Positions 17,846 through 27,137 of a stretch of DNA of 64,000 bases are shown piece after piece (positions within the stretch are counted from its first letter, which is position 1; each line of letters begins with the position of its first letter). Made by a program: the position numbers and the translations under genes. The DNA lies in the NCBI GenBank assembly GCA_018902845.1, contig JAHIPV010000020.1, positions 10,810 to 74,809 of the forward strand. The letters are read 5' to 3'. The DNA comes from Patescibacteria group bacterium (GTDB lineage: Bacteria; Patescibacteriota; Microgenomatia; UBA12405). A model generated the notes under the pieces. It made no database searches and was not told where the DNA came from. It was given only the letters and a program-made list of their open reading frames with translations.

Positions 17846-17891
17846 GTAGAATGGACTTGACAACTCCATTCTACATTGTAAAATGGAGTTG
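17846..17891 (+). promoter_or_regulatory. Promoter with inverted-repeat operator
   Basis: TTGACA 17857-17862, 16 bp, TAAAAT; CAACTCCATTCTACA / TGTAAAATGGAGTTG plus third half-site GTAGAATGGA. Confidence 0.7.
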
Positions 17892-19021
17892 TGTACACTA
17901 GAATTTTAAAGCCGGTAAAAGATAAATGTTTCTTTTTGTTTGGTCCACGCGGTACAGGCAAGACCACTTGGGTCAAGACAACGTATTCGGATGCTATATA
18001 TTTGGATTTGTTGCGATCAGAATTATTTACCAGGTTAATATCTGATCCCGGCAGATTAGAACAGTACATTTTGCCTAATTATCAAGGATATGTGGTGATC
18101 GACGAAGTTCAACGGGTGCCAGAGTTGCTTAATGAAGTTCATCGTTTAATTGAAGATAGAAAAATTAAATTTGTTTTGACCGGTAGTAGCGCTCGAAAAA
18201 TTCGTCGCGGTGGTTATAATTTGTTGGCGGGAAGGGCATTGTCATATCAAATGTATCCATTGACGGCAATAGAAATGGGCGATGATTTTAATTTAGGTAG
18301 AAGTGTGATTCGAGGGATGTTGCCAATGGCGCAAGTTGATGGTTATGGTGAGTACTTGAAAAGTTACATTCAAACTTATTTAGAACAAGAAATAATGCAA
18401 GAAGGATTGACTCGAAATTTGTCGGCTTTTGCCAGATTTTTAGAAGTGGCCAGTTTTTCTCAAGGACAGTTGTTAAATATGGCCTCCATATCTCGAGATG
18501 TGGGAGTAGGACGCAAAGTGATAAGTGGTTATTTTACTATTTTGCAAGATTTGCTGATTGGATATTTGATCAAACCGTTTACCAAGAGGTCAAAAAGAAG
18601 GTTGGTGTCGCATGCAAAGTTTTATTTTTTTGATTGTGGAGTATATCGGGCGATTAGGCCAACCGGACCGCTTGATTCCGGTGATGAGGTGAGTGGAATA
18701 GCAACGGAGTCTTTGGTGTTGAGCCAGTTGATGGCAAATAATGATTTGTTAAAACTAGGGTACGAAGTAAACTATTATCGAACTGCAACCGGGGTGGAGG
18801 TAGATTTTGTGTTGTATGGCAAGAGAGGTCTGGTGGCAATTGAAGTCAAAAAAAGTGGCAAATTTAAAGAGGGAATGATTAGTGGACTAAAGAGATTTAA
18901 GCTTGATTATCCTGAAGCTAAGTTGTATTTATTGTATGGAGGTAGCCAGGAATTATATGTCAATGGGGTGACGGTGATGTCTTTGGAGAAGGCACTGAAA
19001 GAGATGGATAAGTGGTTGTAG
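17891..19021 (+). CDS. AAA_14 ATPase with DUF4143
   Basis: GPRGTGKT, IDEVQ, TGSSAR, KFYFFDCG, EVDFV...IEVK. Confidence 0.9.
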   Translation: MYTRILKPVKDKCFFLFGPRGTGKTTWVKTTYSDAIYLDLLRSELFTRLISDPGRLEQYILPNYQGYVVIDEVQRVPELLNEVHRLIEDRKIKFVLTGSSARKIRRGGYNLLAGRALSYQMYPLTAIEMGDDFNLGRSVIRGMLPMAQVDGYGEYLKSYIQTYLEQEIMQEGLTRNLSAFARFLEVASFSQGQLLNMASISRDVGVGRKVISGYFTILQDLLIGYLIKPFTKRSKRRLVSHAKFYFFDCGVYRAIRPTGPLDSGDEVSGIATESLVLSQLMANNDLLKLGYEVNYYRTATGVEVDFVLYGKRGLVAIEVKKSGKFKEGMISGLKRFKLDYPEAKLYLLYGGSQELYVNGVTVMSLEKALKEMDKWL

Positions 19022-19047
19022 AGGTAAGGATTAGGGACAATAAAGAT

Positions 19048-20109
19048 TTAGGGAGTTTGTTTGAAAACAAAATAATTGTCGACCGAAAATTGGCATTGAT
19101 CTATAAAGATTGATTTAAAAAGATCGAGATTGTTTTGTTCGTAAAATAACAGAGTAGCTTGTTTGTATAGTTTTTCGTCAACACTTCTAAATGGAATTGG
19201 AAAGTGATTGTGGGCGAGCAAGATGGCATTGCCGATAATACGACCGGTTCTTTTGTTGCCATCTTCAAAGGGTTGAATATAACTAATTAAGATCATACTT
19301 AGCAAAGATTTGGTAAAAATATTATCAGTAGAGTTGATTAACCGGCACATTTTTTGCATGCTTTCTCTAATTTGGTATTGATTGTCTAGAGGTTTGTATT
19401 TGGTGCCGGTAATGCCTACCAGGGTTTTGCGTAAGTTTTTGGAAACATTGAGTTTGTAGGTAATTATTCTGTGAATTTCTTGAATGGTGGGCAGGTCTGT
19501 TTTTTTAAAATATTTTTTTTGGTTGAAAATCAGATCTATGGCATCTTTGTGGTTTAGAAGCATGATGGTTTCGCTTTTTTGTTTACCTTTAGCTTCGATG
19601 CCTTTTTTTAACAGGAGTTCAGTGTCTAACAGGCTGTATGTGTTGCCTTCGATGAGGCTAGATTTCCAACTTAATTCAATGGTTATTCTTTCGATTTCTT
19701 TTTGAATTATGGTTGGTGATAACTTTTTGAAATTTTGCAGATATTTTTTTTGAAGTTTAAGTAATTGTTTTGTTTCGTCTTTGTTGAAGATATCAGAATT
19801 TTTTAGAGTTGAAAAAATTGAAAAATTAAAGTTTGGCAGTATGTTTCGTGAATCAATCGGTATAGAAAAATATTTGTCAATATCTATAGGTCTGAATAAT
19901 AATCCCTTGTTTGTAAGTTTGTAGGTTGTTTTTGGACCATGACCAATACGAAGCAAATAGTTTTTGGAAAGTAGAAGAGACAGATCTCTTGATAGAGTTA
20001 TGGTTGTAATTTCTTTATCTAAGAGATTTGAGAGTTGTTTTGGGGATAATGGTTTATCCTGGGAAAAGACGGATAATATTTTGGTTTGTCTGTGATTAAG
20101 TTGATTCAT
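19048..20109 (-). CDS. Fic-domain protein with N-terminal wHTH, non-canonical motif
   Basis: SSLIEGN inhibitory-type motif; QPFEDGNKRTGR. Confidence 0.9.
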   Translation of the reverse strand: MNQLNHRQTKILSVFSQDKPLSPKQLSNLLDKEITTITLSRDLSLLLSKNYLLRIGHGPKTTYKLTNKGLLFRPIDIDKYFSIPIDSRNILPNFNFSIFSTLKNSDIFNKDETKQLLKLQKKYLQNFKKLSPTIIQKEIERITIELSWKSSLIEGNTYSLLDTELLLKKGIEAKGKQKSETIMLLNHKDAIDLIFNQKKYFKKTDLPTIQEIHRIITYKLNVSKNLRKTLVGITGTKYKPLDNQYQIRESMQKMCRLINSTDNIFTKSLLSMILISYIQPFEDGNKRTGRIIGNAILLAHNHFPIPFRSVDEKLYKQATLLFYEQNNLDLFKSIFIDQCQFSVDNYFVFKQTP

Positions 20110-20114
20110 AATGC

Positions 20115-20203
20115 AATCATATCATCTTAATTAAATAATCATATCATTTTAATTAAATAATCATATCATTTTGATATGATTATTGAGGGTAAATGATGTG
20201 ATT
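20115..20203 (-). promoter_or_regulatory. Iterated operator upstream of Fic gene
   Basis: AATCATATCAT x3 at 22-bp period plus inverted copies at 20172-20181 and 20193-20203. Confidence 0.7.
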
Positions 20204-20250
20204 TGGGAAATTTTTTTTGGAGAAGATAGGGGGATAGTATAATTATAAGA

Positions 20251-21828
20251 ATGAAGGTTAAAACCGGTAATTTGTTTTTTGGTTGTTGTGTATTTTTTTT
20301 GTGTTTGGTTTATTTTTTGCTTGCTTTTAAAAATCCTTTTAAAACAAATTCATTGGTATCTAATTTAGAGCCTTATCCCGATACTTTGTATTATTCTGTG
20401 CCTGCTTGGAATTTGGTGAATGGCAGAGGTTTTAAAATGTCAGCATATGGTCATGAGATTAAGAAAATTACACCACCGATTTATAGTTTGTATTTAATCC
20501 CCTTTTTTGCTTTATTTGGAGATATCAGATCGTATTATTTTGCTAATTTATTATTGTCTTTTGTTTCGATATTGGTTTTTGCAGGAATTATAAGAAAAGT
20601 TTTTGGTAATAGTTTGTTTAGTTTGGCGATTGTTTTGTTTTTGGGATTTTTGTTTGTGACTAATTATTATTTTTATAATTTACCTTCTTTGTTGATGGCA
20701 GAGAATTTGACCTTGTGTGTACTGTTGATATTGGCTTTCCTTTTGTTTGTTGATATTAGTCTTAAGTCTGTATTGATTTCAAGTTTTTTGGGGGTGTTTT
20801 TTGGCTTAATTAAATTTTCTAATTTATCTTTATCTTTGGTGTTTTTGTTTTTGTATACAGTAAAAGTTTTTGTTGGAAACAAAAATAAAAAATTTAAATT
20901 TTGGTATGTGGGGTTTTTACTTTTATTTTCATTATTTTTTATATTTTATTTAATCAGTTCGGGAATTTTTAGTGGGCACGTGAATTTAAACAAAGAAACC
21001 GGTTTTTCTTTTGGATATTTTATAAAAAATTTGAGTTTTTATTTATCTGCTTTAATGGGGAAGGACACCAGATATTTGTGGTATACAAAAAAATTAATGG
21101 CAAGAAGTGTGGTTGTATTGGCTTTTTGCGGTGTGGTAGCAGGGTTATTGATGAAAAAATTTAGAGTTTTGGTTTTAAAATTGCTGTTTTTTTTATTTGT
21201 TCCTGTTATTTGTGTTTGTTTTTTTTATTATGCTGATGCCAGATATATTTTTATGGTTTTGCCCTTGGTATTAATTTTAATCGGTTTTTTGTTTTTTGTA
21301 TTAATGAAGAAATTTGGAGCAAGGCTAAGTTATTTACTGATGTTTTTACTGATGGTTTTTTATGTTTTTGAAAAGGATGAAGGAGAGAGAAGAATTGTGT
21401 TTTTTAAGAAGCAGGTTGGATTGAATTTTAGACACAAAGAGGATCCGTGGAATTATTTGGCAATTGAGAATTTTAATAATTATTTTAAAAATAAAAATAA
21501 GGATGTTTATTTAGGAAGTTTTTTGCCGCCTTTTTATGTTGATATTTTTTCCAATCATAATTATGAGTATTTGCCAATATTTGAAAAACAGGAATTTTCC
21601 AGCGGACAAAAGAAAGTTTTAGACAAGTTTTATTCCGGTGAATTGGTTGAATATTACAAGAGTTTGGTTAAAAATGAAAAAAAAGTATTTGTATCTAATT
21701 ATTATGTGAACAATAGCGTGGGGTGGAGAAAAGTTTTTGATGATTTATTGGCAAACTTTGATACAGAATTAGTAAGGGATGGTTGTTTGGGAAGTTGTAA
21801 TATTTATAAATTGAGTTTGAAAAGGTAA
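20251..21828 (+). CDS. Multi-TM membrane protein, probable GT-C glycosyltransferase
   Basis: First-loop acidic motif EPYPDTLYY, ~12 TM, RY motif, soluble C-terminus. Confidence 0.6.
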   Translation: MKVKTGNLFFGCCVFFLCLVYFLLAFKNPFKTNSLVSNLEPYPDTLYYSVPAWNLVNGRGFKMSAYGHEIKKITPPIYSLYLIPFFALFGDIRSYYFANLLLSFVSILVFAGIIRKVFGNSLFSLAIVLFLGFLFVTNYYFYNLPSLLMAENLTLCVLLILAFLLFVDISLKSVLISSFLGVFFGLIKFSNLSLSLVFLFLYTVKVFVGNKNKKFKFWYVGFLLLFSLFFIFYLISSGIFSGHVNLNKETGFSFGYFIKNLSFYLSALMGKDTRYLWYTKKLMARSVVVLAFCGVVAGLLMKKFRVLVLKLLFFLFVPVICVCFFYYADARYIFMVLPLVLILIGFLFFVLMKKFGARLSYLLMFLLMVFYVFEKDEGERRIVFFKKQVGLNFRHKEDPWNYLAIENFNNYFKNKNKDVYLGSFLPPFYVDIFSNHNYEYLPIFEKQEFSSGQKKVLDKFYSGELVEYYKSLVKNEKKVFVSNYYVNNSVGWRKVFDDLLANFDTELVRDGCLGSCNIYKLSLKR

Positions 21829-21838
21829 AATTTTAAAT

Positions 21839-22012
21839 ATGAAAATTTTTGTTGTAGTGCCGAGTTGGAATGAGGGAAAAAGAGTAGTCAAGACAGTCAG
21901 AAAAGTTTTAAAAAATACAAAAAATAGCGTGATAGTTGTTGATGATGGTTCCAGTGATAATTCTTTTGTTTTGCTAAAAAAGATTTTGTCTGCCCTTTTT
22001 TGTTTTGCGTAG
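21839..22012 (+). pseudogene. Truncated GT2 N-terminal fragment
   Basis: MKIFVVVPSWNEGKRV...VIVVDDGSSDNS, then runs into antisense GNAT sequence and stops after 57 aa. Confidence 0.75.
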
Positions 22013-22292
22013 TTGATTAAGAATTTGATTAGTTTTGTACCAAGACCTTTTCTTCGTGCGTTCTTGAGGATAGCAATACGTTCCAGTTTCATCTTGTTAT
22101 TTGGGTATCTTATTCTGGCGCAACCGACAGCTTTGTTTTTGTAATAAAGGATGACATGTTCGGAGGTGTCGTCTAATCCGTCCTTCTCTTTTTTGAGGGG
22201 ACAATGCCTTGATCTTTAACAAATACTTCTCTTCTGATTTTTAGTATTTGGTTGATTTCACTTTGGTTTTTAGTAATGTGTATGTTGATCAT
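21980..22292 (-). pseudogene. Frameshifted, 3'-truncated GNAT acetyltransferase (ElaA/YjcF-like)
   Basis: MINIHIT...IRREVFVKDQ / frameshift ~22205 / DGLDDTSEHV...VGCARIR...KLERIAILKNARRKGLG; C-terminus missing. Confidence 0.75.
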
Positions 22293-22422
22293 GTTGGTTT
22301 TTTTGAGGTTGTTTTGATTTAACGTTGTTTATGCTATCAAAGTTTGTATGTTTTGAGAAGCATAAACAAGAATTTGGGTGTATTTGTCAGAGGAGCAAAT
22401 ATTGTGGTAGTATAATTTCATT

Positions 22423-23202
22423 ATGAAAGTGATTATTTTGTGTGGTGGAATGGGAACGAGGTTGAGGGAAGAGACTGAGTTTAGGCCGAAGCCGATGGTG
22501 TTTATTGGTAATAAGCCGATGCTCTGGCATATTATGAAAATATATGCACATTATGGTTTTAACGAGTTTATATTAGCATTGGGATATAGGGCTGATTATA
22601 TAAAGCGGTTTTTTTTGGACCAAAAGGCATATACCTCTGATTTTATTTTAGATACTAAAACATGTAAAAGAAGATTTTTTTTGCAGAGCAGGAATAATGT
22701 TGATGATTTTAAGATAACCTTTGTGGATACGGGTTTGGAGACGTTGGTAGGTGAGAGAGTCTTGAGGTGTCGGAGGTATGTTCCGGATGCCGATAGAAAT
22801 TTTATGGTAACTTATGGTGATGGAGTTGCAGACGTAAACATTAAAAAGTTGCTTGATTTTCATAAGAAACAAAAGACTTTGGGTACGATTTTGGGTATTC
22901 ATTCAAGGTCAAAATTTGGAGTATTAAAGGTTGATAAAAATAATTTAATTAAGATGTTTTCTGAAAAACCGGTAACAAATAATTGGGTTAATGGGGGTTT
23001 TATGGTTTTCAAGAAGGAGGCCTTCAATTATTTTAAACTAGGAATTTCGGAACATCCGGTGCTAAAATCTTTGGCAAAAGAAGACCAGTTGTCTGTTTAT
23101 AAACATGAAAGTTTTTGGTTTGCTATGGATACTAATAAAGAGATGGTAACATTAAATAATTTGTGGTTGTTAGACAAACCTCCATGGAAAATATGGAAAT
23201 AA
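22423..23202 (+). CDS. rfbF: Glucose-1-phosphate cytidylyltransferase
   Basis: ILCGGMGTRLREETEFRPKPMV, VDTG, TYGDG, FWFAMDT. Confidence 0.9.
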   Translation: MKVIILCGGMGTRLREETEFRPKPMVFIGNKPMLWHIMKIYAHYGFNEFILALGYRADYIKRFFLDQKAYTSDFILDTKTCKRRFFLQSRNNVDDFKITFVDTGLETLVGERVLRCRRYVPDADRNFMVTYGDGVADVNIKKLLDFHKKQKTLGTILGIHSRSKFGVLKVDKNNLIKMFSEKPVTNNWVNGGFMVFKKEAFNYFKLGISEHPVLKSLAKEDQLSVYKHESFWFAMDTNKEMVTLNNLWLLDKPPWKIWK

Positions 23203-24170
23203 ATAAAAAATTTAATGGTAAAAATGTTTTAGTAACTGGTGGAACGGGTTTTGTGGGATCACATTTAATAGAAGAACTGGTTAAACAAGGAGCTAATGTT
23301 GTAACTACTTTTGAGTACACTGATCCTTATTCATATTTTATGAAGAAGGAATTGGATAAAAAAGTAACTATGGCTAATGTTGATGTTGGTCATTTTGATA
23401 AAGTTTTTGATTTGGTAACTAAGTTTGAGGTTGAATATATTTTTCATTTAGCAGCACAAGCAATTGTTACTACAGCTTATAGTAATCCAAGGAGAACTCT
23501 AGAATCAAATATAATGGGAACTACAAACATATTAGAAAGTGCTAGGCTTTATTCAAAAATAAAAGCGGTGGTGGTAGCTTCTTCAGATAAAGCTTATGGA
23601 AAGTTGGGAATTAAAAAAAATACTTATATTGAAACTGATCCTCTTAAGGGAGATCATCCTTATGATGTTTCAAAATCGGCCACTGACTTAATTGCTAATA
23701 TGTATTTTAAGACTTATCAAGTGCCAGTTGCAACAACTCGTTTTGGCAATATTTATGGTGAAGGAGACAATAATCCTTCACGGATAATACCTGGGATTAT
23801 GACTTCATTAATTAATAATGAAAAATTAGAATTGAGAAGCGATGGAAAAGCAGTAAGGGATTATTTATACGTTAAAGATGTTGTGAATGGTTATCTAATG
23901 TTGGCAGAGAAAATAAACAAAACTAAAGGTGAATCTTTTAATTTTGGGTCTAGTGATACTCTTTCAGTAATTGAGCTAATTGAAGAAATTCAAAAAGCAC
24001 TAAAAGTGAAAGTTCCTTATAAGGTTTTAAATATTGCTAAGAATGAAATACCATATCAATCATTGAATTATGAAAAGATTAAAAAAATTGGTTGGAAAAA
24101 TAAAGAAAATGTAAAAACTACCACAGAGAGAATTTATAAATGGTACGAGCAAATAATTGAAAAAGATTAA
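23193..24170 (+). CDS. rfbG: CDP-glucose 4,6-dehydratase-like SDR
   Basis: TGGTGFVG, HLAAQ, SSDKAYG, YDVSK. Confidence 0.75.
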   Translation: MEINKKFNGKNVLVTGGTGFVGSHLIEELVKQGANVVTTFEYTDPYSYFMKKELDKKVTMANVDVGHFDKVFDLVTKFEVEYIFHLAAQAIVTTAYSNPRRTLESNIMGTTNILESARLYSKIKAVVVASSDKAYGKLGIKKNTYIETDPLKGDHPYDVSKSATDLIANMYFKTYQVPVATTRFGNIYGEGDNNPSRIIPGIMTSLINNEKLELRSDGKAVRDYLYVKDVVNGYLMLAEKINKTKGESFNFGSSDTLSVIELIEEIQKALKVKVPYKVLNIAKNEIPYQSLNYEKIKKIGWKNKENVKTTTERIYKWYEQIIEKD

Positions 24171-24184
24171 AAGTTAAATAATTT

Positions 24185-25720
24185 ATGAAAAAAAATATAC
24201 GCGAAATATTTAAACTTGTTGTTTCAACTGTTAAACCTTTATTTATTTTGGAAATGGCGAATAATCATATGGGTGATGTTGGGCATGGTTTAAAAATAAT
24301 TAGAGAATTTCATAAAATAACCAAGAAATTTGATTTTCATTTTGCTTTCAAGTTTCAGTATCGAAACATAGACACCTTTATCCATCCTGAGTATAAAAAC
24401 AGAATGGATATAAAGTATGTTAAACGGTTTTCGGAAACTCGGCTTAGCCCAAGTGAATTTTTGAGTCTAAAAAAAGAAGCTGAAAGTTTGGGGTATATCA
24501 GTATTTGTACACCGTTTGATGAGGAGTCTGTCGATTTGATAGAAAAGCATAATTATTCGGTTATAAAAGTTGGTAGCTGTTCTTTTGCTGACTGGCCATT
24601 ATTGGAAAGAATTATTAAAGTGGATAAACCGGTGGTGCTATCCACTGGTGGGGCGAGTTTACAAGATATAGACAATGTGGTTTCATTTTTTCATCATAGG
24701 AAAAAGAAATTTGCAATTATGCATTGCGTGGGGGAATATCCGACGGTGGCAGAAAATCTTCAATTAAACCAGATTACCTTTTTTAAGAATAGATACGCTG
24801 ATGTGGTGGTGGGTTTTTCGACACACGAAGATCCGGATGATTTTGTTCCAGTCCAGTTAGCGGTTGCAAAAGGTGCCCAGATTTTTGAAAGACATGTGGC
24901 CATAAAGACCAAGAAATATGATATTAATGCTTATTCCTCTCTTCCCAGTCAAGTGGAAAGTTGGCTTGTCGCCGCTCAAAGAGCAATAAAAATCGGAGGA
25001 GTGGTAGAAGAGAGAGTTGATCATAGTAAAAAAGAGATGGTGGATATCAGACAATTTAAGAGGGGTGTTTTTGCTAAAAGATCTTTTAAGAAAGGGGAAC
25101 TTATTAAGACAGAGGATGTATTTTTTGCCTTTCCCAATCAACTAGGCCAATTAGTTGCAAATCAGATATCTAAATACAAGTATTATTATGCTAAAAAAGC
25201 AATAAAGAAAAACGGAGTTATAAAAGATGTGCGGTTGGACGACACCAGAGAGGAAGTGTATGCCATAGTTAAAAGGATTGATAAACTTTTTAAGAAAAGT
25301 GGTGTTGTATTTCCCAACAGAGTTGATTTGGAAATATCTCATCATTACGGGCTTGATAAATTTGATAAGTATGGGATTTGTATGGTGACTTGTGTTAATA
25401 GAGGTTATTGTAAAAAATTAATAATCATGTTTCCCGGTCAGTTACATCCCGAACAATATCATCGCAAAAAAGAAGAAACATTTCATGTTTTGTATGGTAA
25501 GTTTATTGTTTGGTTAAACGATAAGAAACATATTTTTTTACCAGGTGACGTGGTTGTTATAGAGCCTACTGTCAGACATCGTTTTACTACGGTAAATGGG
25601 GGCATTCTCGAGGAAATTTCCTCGACCCATTTTGTTAATGATTCTTTTTATATCGATGAAAAGATTTCTTTGAATAAGAATAGGAAGACCCATGTTCGTT
25701 ATTGGAGAAACGTGGTTTAA
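24185..25720 (+). CDS. NeuB-family ulosonate synthase + SAF domain fused to C-terminal cupin
   Basis: EMANNHMGD, KFQ, TPFD, MHCVGEYP, GFSTH, ERH; C-terminal YCKKL..PGQLHPEQYH..KEETF. Confidence 0.8.
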   Translation: MKKNIREIFKLVVSTVKPLFILEMANNHMGDVGHGLKIIREFHKITKKFDFHFAFKFQYRNIDTFIHPEYKNRMDIKYVKRFSETRLSPSEFLSLKKEAESLGYISICTPFDEESVDLIEKHNYSVIKVGSCSFADWPLLERIIKVDKPVVLSTGGASLQDIDNVVSFFHHRKKKFAIMHCVGEYPTVAENLQLNQITFFKNRYADVVVGFSTHEDPDDFVPVQLAVAKGAQIFERHVAIKTKKYDINAYSSLPSQVESWLVAAQRAIKIGGVVEERVDHSKKEMVDIRQFKRGVFAKRSFKKGELIKTEDVFFAFPNQLGQLVANQISKYKYYYAKKAIKKNGVIKDVRLDDTREEVYAIVKRIDKLFKKSGVVFPNRVDLEISHHYGLDKFDKYGICMVTCVNRGYCKKLIIMFPGQLHPEQYHRKKEETFHVLYGKFIVWLNDKKHIFLPGDVVVIEPTVRHRFTTVNGGILEEISSTHFVNDSFYIDEKISLNKNRKTHVRYWRNVV

Positions 25721-25727
25721 TTTTGTG

Positions 25728-26591
25728 ATGAGAGTGCTTATAACCGGGGGAACCGGCTTTATTGCCAGAAATTTATTTGAGCAGTTGAAAGATAAGTATA
25801 ATGTAATTTGTTTGGGGAGAAAGAAGCTTAACCTTTTGAATTTTGGTAGAGTTTTAGCTTATATAAAGAGTAACAGATTTGATGTGGTAATACATACGGC
25901 TACATATGATGTGGCGCCAAAACATTCGGTAAAAGACCCATCTAAGGTTTTGGAATATAATTTAAAAATGTTTTTTAATTTGACCAGATGTAAAGATTAT
26001 TTTGGTAAGATGATTTATTTTGGTTCAGGGGCGGAGTATTGTCGGGAAAACTGGAAGCCGAGGATGAGGGAGAGTTATTATGACAAATATGTGCCAATGG
26101 ATCAATATGGGTTTTCCAAATATTTGATGACAAAGCATACACAATTAAGCGATAATATTTATAATCTTCGGTTGTTTGGAATGTTTGGTAAATATGATGA
26201 TTGGAGAACAAGACTTATTCCAAATGTGTGTTATCGTGCCGTGATGAATTTACCAATTGTTATAGATCAAAATAAATTTTATGATTTTTTGGATGTTAAT
26301 GATTTGGTAAAAATTGTAAGTTGGTTTATTGACAATAATCCTCAAGAGAAGGTTTACAATGTTTGTACAGGCAAGGCGATTGCTTACAAATCATTAGTTG
26401 AAAAAATAATTAAGATATCGGGTAAAAATTTGAGTTTTCGAATAAAGAATAAAGCCTTGGGGAGGGAATATAGTGGAGATAACGACTTGCTCATGAAGGA
26501 ATTGAAGGGTTTTGAGTTTATTCCGATTGATGAATCAATAAAATCATTATATGATTGGTATAATCAAAATAAGATGAAAATTTTTATATGA
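25728..26591 (+). CDS. NAD-dependent epimerase/reductase (SDR)
   Basis: TGGTGFIA, GSGAEY, YGFSK. Confidence 0.85.
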   Translation: MRVLITGGTGFIARNLFEQLKDKYNVICLGRKKLNLLNFGRVLAYIKSNRFDVVIHTATYDVAPKHSVKDPSKVLEYNLKMFFNLTRCKDYFGKMIYFGSGAEYCRENWKPRMRESYYDKYVPMDQYGFSKYLMTKHTQLSDNIYNLRLFGMFGKYDDWRTRLIPNVCYRAVMNLPIVIDQNKFYDFLDVNDLVKIVSWFIDNNPQEKVYNVCTGKAIAYKSLVEKIIKISGKNLSFRIKNKALGREYSGDNDLLMKELKGFEFIPIDESIKSLYDWYNQNKMKIFI

Positions 26592-27085
26592 ACATAGATG
26601 AATCAATAAAATTTATTGAGAAGCAAATAGGAGATCCAAAACTGGGTTTGCCAGAGGAGGTGTTTTTTTTTGCCAGTAGGATTGTGCCGATGGTTAATGT
26701 TGATTTATTAATAAAGGATGAAAAGAAACGGATTTTGTTGGCGTGGAGGGATGATCAATATGCGGGAGCAGGGTGGCATGTCCCTGGGGGAATAGTTCGT
26801 TACAAGGAAAATTGGGAACAAAGAGTGAGAAAGGTGGCAGAAATGGAGATTGGAATGATGGTTGAATTTGATCTTAGGCCAATTGCTTTCAATCAAATTT
26901 TCCTTGATCATAAAACACGAGGGCATTTTATTTCAATATTATTTAGATGTTTTTTGTCAGGTAAGTTTATTCCAAAAAACGAAGGGTTAAAGCAAGATGA
27001 CGTGGGTTATTTGAGGTGGCATGATACTTGCCCAAAAAACTTAGTTGAAGTGCAAAAGATATATAGGAAATTTATAAAAAGATGA
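26588..27085 (+). CDS. NUDIX hydrolase, GDP-mannose mannosyl hydrolase-like
   Basis: PMVNVDL, WHVPGG...E....RVRKVAEMEIG. Confidence 0.8.
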   Translation: MNIDESIKFIEKQIGDPKLGLPEEVFFFASRIVPMVNVDLLIKDEKKRILLAWRDDQYAGAGWHVPGGIVRYKENWEQRVRKVAEMEIGMMVEFDLRPIAFNQIFLDHKTRGHFISILFRCFLSGKFIPKNEGLKQDDVGYLRWHDTCPKNLVEVQKIYRKFIKR

Positions 27086-27137
27086 GAAGAAAGAGGCGTC
27101 GCTTTATTCAACAGTGTAAAAATATGGAGAGTATGCG

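Noticed and set aside
21769-22092. 107-aa ORF as an intact GNAT
   Set aside because: Chimera of a GNAT fragment and antisense GT2 sequence; treated as pseudogene
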